Source: Candidatus Huberarchaeum crystalense
GTDB lineage: Archaea > Huberarchaeota > Huberarchaeia > Huberarchaeales > Huberarchaeaceae
Length of the DNA: 38,014 nucleotides
Direction: 5' to 3'
Assembly: GCA_002790315.1 (NCBI GenBank)
Contig: PFUW01000003.1
Coordinates: 1-38,014, forward strand
Part shown: one piece after another, positions 1 through 9,231 of the stretch
Position numbering within the stretch: position 1 is the first letter of the stretch
Layout of the letters: each line of letters begins with the position of its first letter
Position numbers and translations under genes: made by a program
The notes under the pieces: model-generated
Databases searched by the model: none
What the model was told of the DNA's origin: nothing
Seen by the model: the letters and a program-made list of their open reading frames with translations, nothing else

Positions 1-2
1 TA

Positions 3-146
3 GAGAAAATAAAAATAAACGAAATTTTTTATGAATTTGCTGGAAAAAAAGAAAAAATAAAATACATAAATCCTAACTCAAAGATATTGCCAAAAGAAAT
101 AAAACAAAAGAAATATGTTCATTTAATCAACTTTTCTCCTTTCTAA
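3..146 (+). CDS. 3' end of a CDS entering the window (unknown product)
   Basis: Open frame EKIKINEIFYEFAGKKEK...HLINFSPF ending in TAA at 144-146. Confidence 0.5.
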   Translation, partial: EKIKINEIFYEFAGKKEKIKYINPNSKILPKEIKQKKYVHLINFSPF

Positions 147-249
147 CTAATTAAATAAACTTTTGGCTTATTGTGGTTACACCATTCGTAAACTGCAGTA
201 ACTTCCATATTATAAGAAAAACATCGTTATATTTTTTCTCCGTCCCCCT

Positions 250-420
250 TTAAAAAACCAACAATTTATAACTCTTTCCTTCTCTTCCTTCTTTTCTCCA
301 AACTAACATACCTAAATAAAATAAATTACTACTTATTGTTACTATAGCTGCACCAAAAACAGCTGCTAAATGTCCTTAAGGTAATAAAGAAAGAATAAAA
401 ACATTATTTAACAATGTAAA
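250..420 (-). pseudogene. Possible degraded fragment of a membrane protein C-terminus (flippase-like)
   Basis: Minus frame reads LLNNVFILSLLP*GHLAAVFGAAIVTISSNLFYLGMLVWRK with an in-frame TAA at 376-378. It resembles the terminal helices of Wzx/MATE-type flippases and sits next to aglB. Similarity judged by eye only. Confidence 0.25.
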
Positions 421-491
421 AAATCAACATACTTCTTTCCTGTCTTTATTTGAAAGTGCTAATGTAAGAGCAACAAAAAAACAAAAATAAT

Positions 492-2933
492 ATGATTAAT
501 AAAAAAGCGCGCGCACCAAAAGTCTCAAAAAATTCAGAGCCACAAAACGGAGTTGACATAAACAACGCAGTAAACAAAATATCAAACATATTCTCAAACA
601 AAAAACTTCTTTTAAACTTTATTTATTTAATTTCTCTTATTGCAATTTTTTATGTTGCGTTTGATTTACGCGACGGTGCAATGGATTCTAAGTATTTCAT
701 TGATCCTGATGCAATGTATTTTTTTATGCGTGGTGAAGCGTATGCTGAATGCGGACAATCTGTCTGCACTCTTGATGGATTAGATCCAATGCGTCAAGCA
801 GGCAATACTTCAAACCCATTACCAGAGGTTAAATTTCATTTTATGTCTATAACTCTTGTTGGAATCCACAAAATTCTTGAACCTATAACTGGAATTTCAC
901 TTCAAAACACATTTATAAACCACCTACCTTATTTAACAGTCCTTGTTTTAATTGTTCTTTTCTTTATTGGAAAGGCTCTTTTCAACACACCTGCAGGCAT
1001 AATAACAGCTGGAATTGGCGCAGTTGCAGTTCCATCTCTTTTTAGGTCAAGCGCAGGTGCTCCTGACCATGATTTGTTTGGGCTTTTTTTTATTGTAATG
1101 GCGATTTTCTATTTTATTAAGTATTTTAGAGAGGAACAAAACCAAGACAAGGCAACAATTTTTATAATTTTAGCTGGAATCTTTACATTATTTACTCCTT
1201 TATTTTGGCATGGTAGTCAGCCATATATAACAATTCCAATTACAGCATATTTTGTTATAAAAGCACTATTATATAAAATAAATACTCGTGATTTGCTAAA
1301 TGCTAGTATATTTACCTTACTTTCAGCAATAGGTATGGTGTTAAATATGATTCCTAGTACTTCTTTTATGTGGGTTGAGATTTTTAAAGCAGTTGCAAAG
1401 AATATATATATTGATCTTTTGCTTGGAGTTGTTGTACTTTATTTGGTGCTTGTTTTAATTGAAAAATTCAAACTATATGAGAAATATAAAGTTAATTCAA
1501 AGGTTTTGGGTATTGGAGTAACTTTTATTATTGGGTGTTTTGGTTTGTTTGTTCTTGGTGGATTTAATTTCTCTTTGTTTGGAGCAATTTTTGACAAAAT
1601 TATCTCACCTGTTAGGGGTGTTGGTGGAAGTGGTGCAGCAGTTGTAGGATATACTGTTGCAGAAAACCAAGCAGTCAGTTTTGGCAATTTGTGGGCAACA
1701 TTTAATCTTGGGTCTGATTGGATATCATTTTTTATGCCATTTGCGCTTGCTATCTATGGATTTTTAATCCTTTTACTAATAATAATTTACCGCGCAATAA
1801 AGACAAAGCGACTCAATTTAACTTATCAGGAAATATTTTTAATTATAATGTTTTTGTTTTCTGCCTATGCAGCTCTTGGCGGCTCGCGCATGTTTTTCGT
1901 TTTCTCGTGGTTTGTAGGAATATTTACAGCAATGTTTTTCTACATAATATATACAAACCTTTCAAAAATAATTGACAAGCAAGGCATTCATATAGATGAC
2001 AAAAAAATTGTGCGTTTAATTTTGCTCGTTTGTTTGATTGTCTTAAGTATATTTATTTTTTACCAAAATTATAATATAGCAAATGCAAGCAAAGTGACAA
2101 TGGCATATACAAAACAAGCAGAAGGCTATGATATAACAGCATATTCTTGGATTCGCGAAAACACAAATGCAACAGATGTAATTGGACATTGGTGGGATTA
2201 TGGATATTGGACAGAATTTTTAGGCAGACGACCCGTTCATGTTGATGGCGGCGGCTCAGGAGATAGGTATGAAGTAGCATACAGATTTATGACAACACCT
2301 GACGAACAAGAAGCATACCAATATTGCAAAGACCATAAAATTAAATATTTTATGGTGTTTCCATCAGATCTTGGAAAATTTGTTCAAATGGTAAGAATTG
2401 GTCAAAGAGAAGGTGGTTTTGGTGTTTTAGGCAACCCCAGAACACAAGTTGGCAACAATGTTATTTATAATGTTTATCAAGGAGGTATAACCAAACCAAC
2501 TCCTGGCTTTTTTGAAGACATATATGGAGTTTTGGCAATTGGAAAATCAACAAATAAAAGCAACCTAACAGGAAATATTTTAGAAGCAAAACTAAATCTT
2601 ATGGTAATTCAAAACCAACAAAAAGTCTCTGAAACAGGAAATCAAAATTTGAAATATTTATGTACTTCTCAGGGGCTTGTGGATTTAGAAAATGGTGTTG
2701 ATAATGGATGCTTTTATTATATAAATGAATCTGTCAATCTTTATAGCTATAGTAATGGAATTTTATCTGATTACTACCCTGTTGTTTATAGCTCACCTGC
2801 AAATATGGTTGGATTACAACTTATTTTGTTCAATGCAAAAGGAATGAAGTACTTTGAGCTTGTCCATTCAGGAGATATAATAAATGATGGGGGAAGCATT
2901 GGTCGCATAAAAATATTCAAAATTGTTGATTAA
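492..2933 (+). CDS. aglB: Oligosaccharyltransferase AglB (STT3 family)
   Basis: Multi-TM N-terminal half; DPD, DHD and TVAE (TIXE-like) motifs; WWDYG and a DxxK (DLGK) motif in the C-terminal domain. Confidence 0.95.
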   Translation: MINKKARAPKVSKNSEPQNGVDINNAVNKISNIFSNKKLLLNFIYLISLIAIFYVAFDLRDGAMDSKYFIDPDAMYFFMRGEAYAECGQSVCTLDGLDPMRQAGNTSNPLPEVKFHFMSITLVGIHKILEPITGISLQNTFINHLPYLTVLVLIVLFFIGKALFNTPAGIITAGIGAVAVPSLFRSSAGAPDHDLFGLFFIVMAIFYFIKYFREEQNQDKATIFIILAGIFTLFTPLFWHGSQPYITIPITAYFVIKALLYKINTRDLLNASIFTLLSAIGMVLNMIPSTSFMWVEIFKAVAKNIYIDLLLGVVVLYLVLVLIEKFKLYEKYKVNSKVLGIGVTFIIGCFGLFVLGGFNFSLFGAIFDKIISPVRGVGGSGAAVVGYTVAENQAVSFGNLWATFNLGSDWISFFMPFALAIYGFLILLLIIIYRAIKTKRLNLTYQEIFLIIMFLFSAYAALGGSRMFFVFSWFVGIFTAMFFYIIYTNLSKIIDKQGIHIDDKKIVRLILLVCLIVLSIFIFYQNYNIANASKVTMAYTKQAEGYDITAYSWIRENTNATDVIGHWWDYGYWTEFLGRRPVHVDGGGSGDRYEVAYRFMTTPDEQEAYQYCKDHKIKYFMVFPSDLGKFVQMVRIGQREGGFGVLGNPRTQVGNNVIYNVYQGGITKPTPGFFEDIYGVLAIGKSTNKSNLTGNILEAKLNLMVIQNQQKVSETGNQNLKYLCTSQGLVDLENGVDNGCFYYINESVNLYSYSNGILSDYYPVVYSSPANMVGLQLILFNAKGMKYFELVHSGDIINDGGSIGRIKIFKIVD

Positions 2934-2936
2934 ATA

Positions 2937-3010
2937 GTGTCAAAAGTTAATTAATATTTTATTTTCTGACAAGATTTATTAAAGAAATTGGTGTCAAAAG
3001 TTAATTAATA
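2937..3010. repeat. Exact 20-bp direct repeat GTGTCAAAAGTTAATTAATA (2937-2956, 2991-3010)
   Basis: Read directly; period 54 bp; intergenic. Confidence 0.85.
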
Positions 3011-3083
3011 AACTATAATTCTTCTAAAGCTTGGCGCGCAAAAGTTAGAGGTTTGCTATAATAAATTATTAAAATATATTAAG

Positions 3084-4391
3084 ATGTTTAACTTGTTTAA
3101 AAAGATTTTTTGGGGTGAAAAAAAAGAAACAAAAAAACAAAAACTAATTAGTATAAGTTTTGATAATGTCTTAAATTTTGTTGAAAAACAAATTGTAGAA
3201 AAGCAAACAAATGCAAAGAAAAAAGCAGAAGAACTAATAGATGTGGTTTATTATGGGGTTTTGGAATTTAAAAACAAAACACAAGAATTAAAAGAAGCAA
3301 AGCCAAAAATAGAAGTATTTATTCACAAAAACTTTGATTTGAAAATTAAAAATGAATATTGTGACAGAATTTTGGCTGCAATAAATAAAATAGAAAAACA
3401 AAAAATAGAAATAAATGAACCAATTGATTTTTTAAATAATTGTGAAAGTGTATTTAGAATTGCTGGGGGGTTGGGTCCTAAAAACAACTATATGATATCA
3501 TATTTTTTTAAAGAATATTTAAAAGAGTTTGTAGATGCAAGCACAAAAACCCAAGATGCGATGGCAAAACTCAGTAAATTTATAAAAGAGGAAGGAAAAA
3601 TTATTTATACTAATAATGATATAAGCAACACACTAAAACATATTAAAAAAATAGAAAATAATCTTTTTGAAGAACAAAAAATGCATATTGCTCTTCTAAA
3701 AGAAATAAAAGATTTAGAAAAAAAAGCAACAACCTTAAAAATAGATTTATCAAATATTGAGAACAACAAAGGGTTTTTTGAGAGCAAAAAATTAAAAGAT
3801 GAAATACAAAAACTATCTCGAGAAAAAACAAAAATTCACCAGCAGCTAAGCACTGTTTTTGATAAAGCTCATAAAATGATTAAAAAATATTGGCATCTTT
3901 ATAAAGATGCTGATAAAACTTTTGTAAAGAAGTTAGAAGATTCTTTGGATTCTCTGACAGATACTTTTTTGCATGAAAAAAACGATGGTAAATATCTCCT
4001 TAAAGACATATTATCAAAGGTTGATACAACAATAAAAAATAAAAGCTTTGACTATGATGAAAAAGAACAGAACCAGTGGGTTTTGTTTATGGCTTCTTTT
4101 AATATAGATCTTGAAACAGAACACAAAAGACAATATCTTGAAATTGTAGATAAAATAGAAAAAAAAGAAGCGCAACTTAAAATGAAAACAGAAGAATATT
4201 TAAATAAAAAACAAAGTATAAGTAAAGAAATAAGGTCTATCGCTGATGAATTATCTGGTTTGGAAAAACAAAAGAAAAATATTGGGGAAAATGTGCGCGC
4301 ACTTGAATTAAAGCTAAAACAGGATAAAGAGATTCTTAACAATAAAGTTAGTAAAGCTGTGGATAAAGATGTTAATATTTTGTACAAATAG
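3084..4391 (+). CDS. Hypothetical coiled-coil protein
   Basis: 435-aa K/E-rich helical ORF with no recognisable catalytic motif. Confidence 0.8.
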   Translation: MFNLFKKIFWGEKKETKKQKLISISFDNVLNFVEKQIVEKQTNAKKKAEELIDVVYYGVLEFKNKTQELKEAKPKIEVFIHKNFDLKIKNEYCDRILAAINKIEKQKIEINEPIDFLNNCESVFRIAGGLGPKNNYMISYFFKEYLKEFVDASTKTQDAMAKLSKFIKEEGKIIYTNNDISNTLKHIKKIENNLFEEQKMHIALLKEIKDLEKKATTLKIDLSNIENNKGFFESKKLKDEIQKLSREKTKIHQQLSTVFDKAHKMIKKYWHLYKDADKTFVKKLEDSLDSLTDTFLHEKNDGKYLLKDILSKVDTTIKNKSFDYDEKEQNQWVLFMASFNIDLETEHKRQYLEIVDKIEKKEAQLKMKTEEYLNKKQSISKEIRSIADELSGLEKQKKNIGENVRALELKLKQDKEILNNKVSKAVDKDVNILYK

Positions 4392-4488
4392 TTGCAAGAT
4401 TAAACATAGCATTTATATTTATTTGCTTTTACGCAACATTTATGTTTTTTATTATTCTTACATCTTAGATAAGGTATGATATGGTATT

Positions 4489-5082
4489 TTATGTTTGTTC
4501 AATTTTTACACTAATCATAACAATATCTTCTACTGGTTTATCATTGACATTGCATTTAACTTTTGATATTTCTTCAACAACATCCATTCCTTCAATCACA
4601 TAACCAAAAATCGCATGTTTTCTGTCAAGCCAGGGGGTTGGAGATAATGTTATGAAAAACTGGCTTCCGCCTGTATTTGGTCCTGCGTTTGCCATTGATA
4701 CTATTCCTGGTTTATCGTGCTTTAAATTTTGGCTAAACTCATCAGCAATTTTATATCCTGGACCTCCTGTTCCTGTTCCTGTAGGATCACCACTTTGAAT
4801 CATAAAACCAGGAATCACACGATGAAATATAACCTTATTATAAAAGCCCTTGTTTGCTAAATCAACAAAATTTTGCGTTGTTTTTGGTGCTCCTGTTGTG
4901 AAAAGTTCTATTTTTATTGTTCCTTTGTTTGTTTCAAGGGTTGCAATAGTCATACTATTTTTTGAATTTCCATAAAATCCACCAATAAGAAAATATGCTA
5001 TCAACAAACTAACACCCAAAACAATTCCAGCAATAACTACAAACACAAAAAAGTTGCGTTTTACAAAAAGGTCTTTACTCAT
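4489..5082 (-). CDS. ppiA: Cyclophilin-type peptidyl-prolyl cis-trans isomerase with N-terminal membrane anchor
   Basis: [42 protein letters not shown] and [10 protein letters not shown] signatures; hydrophobic N-terminal helix. Confidence 0.95.
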   Translation of the reverse strand: MSKDLFVKRNFFVFVVIAGIVLGVSLLIAYFLIGGFYGNSKNSMTIATLETNKGTIKIELFTTGAPKTTQNFVDLANKGFYNKVIFHRVIPGFMIQSGDPTGTGTGGPGYKIADEFSQNLKHDKPGIVSMANAGPNTGGSQFFITLSPTPWLDRKHAIFGYVIEGMDVVEEISKVKCNVNDKPVEDIVMISVKIEQT

Positions 5083-5097
5083 AATCTTTTGTTTTAG

Positions 5098-5191
5098 TTT
5101 AGTTTGTTTTTAAATTTTACCCAAAAAGGGTTTTTGGATATTTTTTGTTTTAGTTTGTTTTTAAATTCTACCCAAAAATAGTTTTTGGATA
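5098..5191. promoter_or_regulatory. Two 43-bp copies (period 51), each with the palindrome CCAAAAA-N3-TTTTTGG, upstream of the cyclophilin gene
   Basis: Dyads at 5121-5137 and 5172-5188 read directly; the operator role is inference. Confidence 0.5.
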
Positions 5192-5277
5192 ATTTAATTT
5201 TCTCTTGTCTTCTTATGTCAAAATTTCTTGCCAAAATTCTTATGTCAAAAGCCAGTCTAAAATCATTTTTTATCACA

Positions 5278-6137
5278 CTATTTCTCTTTTGTTAAAATTC
5301 TATTTAAAATATTTTCTTTATCATATTCTTCTAAATCTGTGTGGGTTTGCCCTGTTCCAACAAATAAAATTGGTTTTTTAAACTCATAAGCCAAAGAAAC
5401 AATTCCCCCACCANNNNNNNNNCTTCAAACACAGCCACTTGGTTTACTCCATCATTCCCAGTCAAAGCATCAACAACAGCTATTGTTAGGTTAGGCTTTG
5501 CAATACGCTTAATTTTTTTCAACTCGTTTGTGAGATTTGTATTTGTGTTAGACCTTCCCGCTGTATCTATTAAAACAACATCTATTTTATTTGCTTTTGC
5601 ATAATTAACAGCATCAAAAGCCACAGCAGCAGGATCGCTTTTGTATTTGTGTTTTATAATTGGAATATCTAATTCTTTTGCCCACATACTGATTTGTTCA
5701 ATAGCAGCAGCGCGAAAGGTGTCAGCAGCTCCAAGCGCGCACTTTTTTCCATGCATCTTTAAATAATTGACGAGTTTTGCAATTGTTGTTGTTTTCCCCA
5801 CACCATTAGCCCCTACAAACAAAATAATAAATGGTTTTTGTTTTTCTATTTCTTTTAATAAATCAATCTTTGGCAGATCTAAAACTTTAATCAAAGCATC
5901 TCCAAATGTTTTTCTAAATATTTTTTCAATCTCGCTTTTTTTGGTAAGTGGTTTTACTTGCGCGCGCAATTTTTCACAAATCTTTACAGCCACCCCTTCT
6001 GAGACATTTGCTTGGAGCAGTGAAACTTCAAATTCATTTATTTTTTGCTCTATTTCTTTCTCGCTACAAGTTGATTCGCAAGCAGCTGTAATTTTTAAAA
6101 CAGCTTCACTAAAACTTTTTTTCAAGAGGTTAAACAT
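5278..6137 (-). CDS. ftsY: Signal recognition particle receptor FtsY (spans an assembly gap)
   Basis: GANGVGKTTTIAKL, DTFRAAA and DTAGR motifs. After the N-gap at about 5414-5422 the C-terminus GGGIVSLAYEFKKPILFVGTGQ...EK* continues in another frame to TAG at 5278. ATG at 6137 is the likely start. Confidence 0.93.
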
Positions 6138-6214
6138 ATTTTCTTTACATATTGCATAAGGCACGCATTTAATTTTTTGCTTGCATTTTTAGAAAAAGAA
6201 ATGTTTGGTTTATA

Positions 6215-6297
6215 TGCAAGGAACCGGATTCGAACCGGCGAAAGCTTACGCTACAAGGTCCTTAACCTTGCTCCTTTGACCGCTCGGAAATCCTTGC
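6215..6297 (-). tRNA. tRNA-Leu, anticodon AAG
   Basis: Acceptor GCAAGGA/TCCTTGC with A73; anticodon arm CAAGG-TTAAGGA-CCTTG; long variable arm; T arm GCCGG-TTCGAAT-CCGGT; no encoded CCA. Confidence 0.92.
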
Positions 6298-6367
6298 TTT
6301 AAGTTAAGAGTTATATCTTAATTTTTTTAAATATGAAAAACTTTATGTGTGTTGCGCCGCGCATTTT

Positions 6368-6440
6368 GCCTTTGTAGCCTAATGGATATGGCGGCAGCCT
6401 TCTAAGCTGCAGGTTGCGGGTTCGAGTCCCGCCAAAGGCA
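6368..6440 (+). tRNA. tRNA-Arg, anticodon TCT
   Basis: Acceptor GCCTTTG/CAAAGGC; anticodon arm GCAGC-CTTCTAA-GCTGC; T loop TTCGAGT. Confidence 0.95.
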
Positions 6441-6726
6441 TATACTTATTTTTTAGCAACAGAATCTAACACAAACATTGATTTTCTAATCTTTTCAACA
6501 ATATATGCTACTATATATAAATATATTATAATTTTTCAAAGAATTTTCACAAAGTTGTAAAAAAATTGAAACTTTATTCTAAAATTTTAATTGTTCTAAA
6601 CTTTCGCAGCCTGAATTTTATTAGAACTATCTTTTCAGGTTGTTCTCAGGCAGATTTATAAAAATTGTTAAACATATATTTTAAAAATCTTATGTGTTAC
6701 GCAAGTTTTAGGATTTGCGCGCACAA

Positions 6727-6800
6727 GGGCCTGTAGCTCAGTTGGTCAGAGCGCACGACTGATAATCGTGAGGTCAAGAGTTCGAATCTCTTTAGGCCCA
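6727..6800 (+). tRNA. tRNA-Ile, anticodon GAT
   Basis: Acceptor GGGCCTG/TAGGCCC; anticodon arm CACGA-CTGATAA-TCGTG; T arm AAGAG-TTCGAAT-CTCTT. Confidence 0.95.
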
Positions 6801-6961
6801 TCGCGCAATTATATTGCGAATATCTTAACAATGTAGTGTTTAGCAATCCAGGAGATGTAGATTATTCTAAACAATAATTACATCCTTGCTCGATTGTTTC
6901 ACTCACTTCGCAGGGATACAAATTGTTCAAAGCAACAATTATATCCTTGTTCTCTTTGTTC

Positions 6962-7045
6962 GCAGGGATCGCACAGTGGAAGTGCGCCACACTGCTAATG
7001 TGGTGGGCTGTGAAGCCTCCGTGGGTTCGATTCCCTCTCCCTGCA
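6962..7045 (+). tRNA. tRNA-Ser, anticodon GCT
   Basis: Acceptor GCAGGGA/TCCCTGC; D stem GCAC/GTGC; anticodon arm CCACA-CTGCTAA-TGTGG; long variable arm; T loop TTCGATT. Confidence 0.9.
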
Positions 7046-7111
7046 TAAAAACAAACACAAACGCAACACACATCTAAATTTTACTCCATATATAAAAAAC
7101 CAAAGTATATT

Positions 7112-7876
7112 ATGGGCAAGGTAATAGGTATTGTATCTGGAAAAGGTGGAGTAGGAAAAACAATCTTTTCAGTGAACTTAGCGAGCACATTAGCCAAAAA
7201 GGGCTTTTCTGTCTTGCTTATTGATACAAATGTGACTTCACCAAACATTTCTTTTTTCGTCGGCTCTCCGATTAAAAGATACACTCTTACAGATGTTTTA
7301 TCAGGAGAATGTAATATTAATGATTCTATTTATGCTTATACAAAAGGAAATTTTTCTTATATGCCTAGCAGTTTGTCAATCAATAAACTATACAAAGTTA
7401 GTATTTCAAAATTAAAATCTATTGTAGACGCACTTAAAACCCAATATGACTATGTTGTTCTTGATGGACCTGCAAATATGGGTGGAGAATTCTTAGAGGT
7501 TGTGCGCGCCTCAGATGAACTCGCTGTAATTGCCACACCAGATATTATTTCAGTTACAGATGCATTGCGCGTGCTTGAATTTGGCCGCCGCCACGGAAGA
7601 AAAATAATAGGGCTTATTATTAATAAATATGAACAAAAAGATTATAATTTAAAGGTTAAAGATATTGAACTTTTAGCAGGAGATAAATTGTTTGGAGCAA
7701 TACCGCGCGACGAAAACATAAAGATGTCGCTTGTTAAGCGCGCGCCAGTCTGCCTTTTATATCCAAAAACAAATTCTACATTTGCGTTTGAGCAAATCGC
7801 TTGCAAAATCGCTGGTCTGCCTGTTCCTATAAAAAAGAAAAATTTGTGGGATAAAATCTGCTTTTGGAATGATTAA
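7112..7876 (+). CDS. minD: MinD/ParA-family ATPase
   Basis: Deviant Walker A SGKGGVGKT; YDYVVLDGP; possible C-terminal amphipathic helix (KKNLWDKICFW). Confidence 0.88.
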   Translation: MGKVIGIVSGKGGVGKTIFSVNLASTLAKKGFSVLLIDTNVTSPNISFFVGSPIKRYTLTDVLSGECNINDSIYAYTKGNFSYMPSSLSINKLYKVSISKLKSIVDALKTQYDYVVLDGPANMGGEFLEVVRASDELAVIATPDIISVTDALRVLEFGRRHGRKIIGLIINKYEQKDYNLKVKDIELLAGDKLFGAIPRDENIKMSLVKRAPVCLLYPKTNSTFAFEQIACKIAGLPVPIKKKNLWDKICFWND

Positions 7877-8051
7877 GATTTGTTATAAGTTAAGTTTATA
7901 TAGATAAATAAACACTATAAAAAACTATATAAAATTTCATCAACAAATCTATATTATTTTTATTAACTATCTCTTGATATTTATTTTGTTAGAAGACAAA
8001 GTTCATCTAAACAGCAAAGACACTATTATCATTTTTAAAGAAGTGTTAGAC

Positions 8052-9155
8052 TTATTTTATTTCAATTTTGTGCTTTTTGAATTCTGAAACTATTTTTGAA
8101 TATAGTTCATCTCGAAGAGAATGCTGATCTGTATATAAACACCAAAACAAAAGAGAAAAGTTCAATGACGAACCGCTAACACCTAACAACCTGGCTATTG
8201 GCTTTGGGTTTTTAAAAACTTTTTCTGTTTTATTTGCAAGTTTAAGAAGTGTGTTTTTTACTATATCAACATCTGAATTGTGCGCAACGTTTACATTTAT
8301 CTCAAATCTAACACCTACAGGCGATCTAGTTTTCTTATAATTAACAATACTTGAACTTGTTATTAAAGAATTAGGTAAAGTAATTTCTTCGTTGTTTTTT
8401 GTTATCATTTTTGTAAACATTAGCCCTATTTTTAAAACTTGACCTTCCTTATCTCCCGCTTTAATATGATCTCCAACTACAAACGAACGATCGATTAATA
8501 AAACTATACCTGAAATAAAATCAGAAATAATTGCTCCGGCTGCCAAACTTGTCGCTAAACCCAAAATACCCAACGACGCAAGAAATATACTCACATCTAT
8601 ACCATATACTGAAAGCACAATTAGAAAAAACACAACAAACATAACAAAATTAGAAATGCTTTTGCTATAAACACTTAATGTTTTATCACAAACAAGTGTT
8701 TGGTTTTTTCCTTTTTTTAAACGATCTTTGGAAAATTCGCATAACTTACTTAAAAGAATAGAAACCAAATCAGCAAGTGTGCGCAACACCAAAAAAACAA
8801 AAATCAAAAAAACAATAGATAAAATAAAAGAAATATATTCTTGCAAAAAATAAGATGTGAAATAAAGTATAGAAAAATACAAACCACCTAACAAAACAAA
8901 CGATGGCAAGTGATTGCTTAAAAAAACAACAAATAGACTATTAAAAGTTGAGGGTGTTTTAGCAACCAATTTTGAAATATACTTTTTAAAAATATAAGAA
9001 ATAATGCGAGAAAGCGCGAAAAAAACAAGAAGAATTGCCAAAGAAATTAGAATTACAGAAAACGGGGTTGTAGTCTGAAATACTCCCAAAGAAAACAACA
9101 AATTGTTTGTGCTTTCAAAAAAGTTAGTGGTTTCAGATGCGATAGGAAGGTTCAT
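8052..9155 (-). CDS. mscS: Small-conductance mechanosensitive channel (MscS family)
   Basis: ASLGILGLATSLAAGAIISDFISGIVLLIDRSFVVGDHI, GQVLKIGLMFT and ITLPNS signatures. Confidence 0.92.
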   Translation of the reverse strand: MNLPIASETTNFFESTNNLLFSLGVFQTTTPFSVILISLAILLVFFALSRIISYIFKKYISKLVAKTPSTFNSLFVVFLSNHLPSFVLLGGLYFSILYFTSYFLQEYISFILSIVFLIFVFLVLRTLADLVSILLSKLCEFSKDRLKKGKNQTLVCDKTLSVYSKSISNFVMFVVFFLIVLSVYGIDVSIFLASLGILGLATSLAAGAIISDFISGIVLLIDRSFVVGDHIKAGDKEGQVLKIGLMFTKMITKNNEEITLPNSLITSSSIVNYKKTRSPVGVRFEINVNVAHNSDVDIVKNTLLKLANKTEKVFKNPKPIARLLGVSGSSLNFSLLFWCLYTDQHSLRDELYSKIVSEFKKHKIEIK

Positions 9156-9231
9156 AATATATTTTAAATTTAAAAAACCAGAAAATCAAAAATAGCAAAA
9201 CTAAAAAAACACATTTGAATCTAAACTTAAA

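Noticed and set aside
5331-5422. Apparent frameshift or truncation of ftsY
   Set aside because: The frame change coincides with an N-gap of arbitrary length; the normal C-terminus is present in another frame.
6215-7045. Integrated element at the tRNA cluster
   Set aside because: No integrase and no duplicated tRNA 3' end seen in the window.
6862-7077. ORFs 6862-7071 and 6886-7077
   Set aside because: They overlap tRNA-Ser and its hairpin leader; no protein features.
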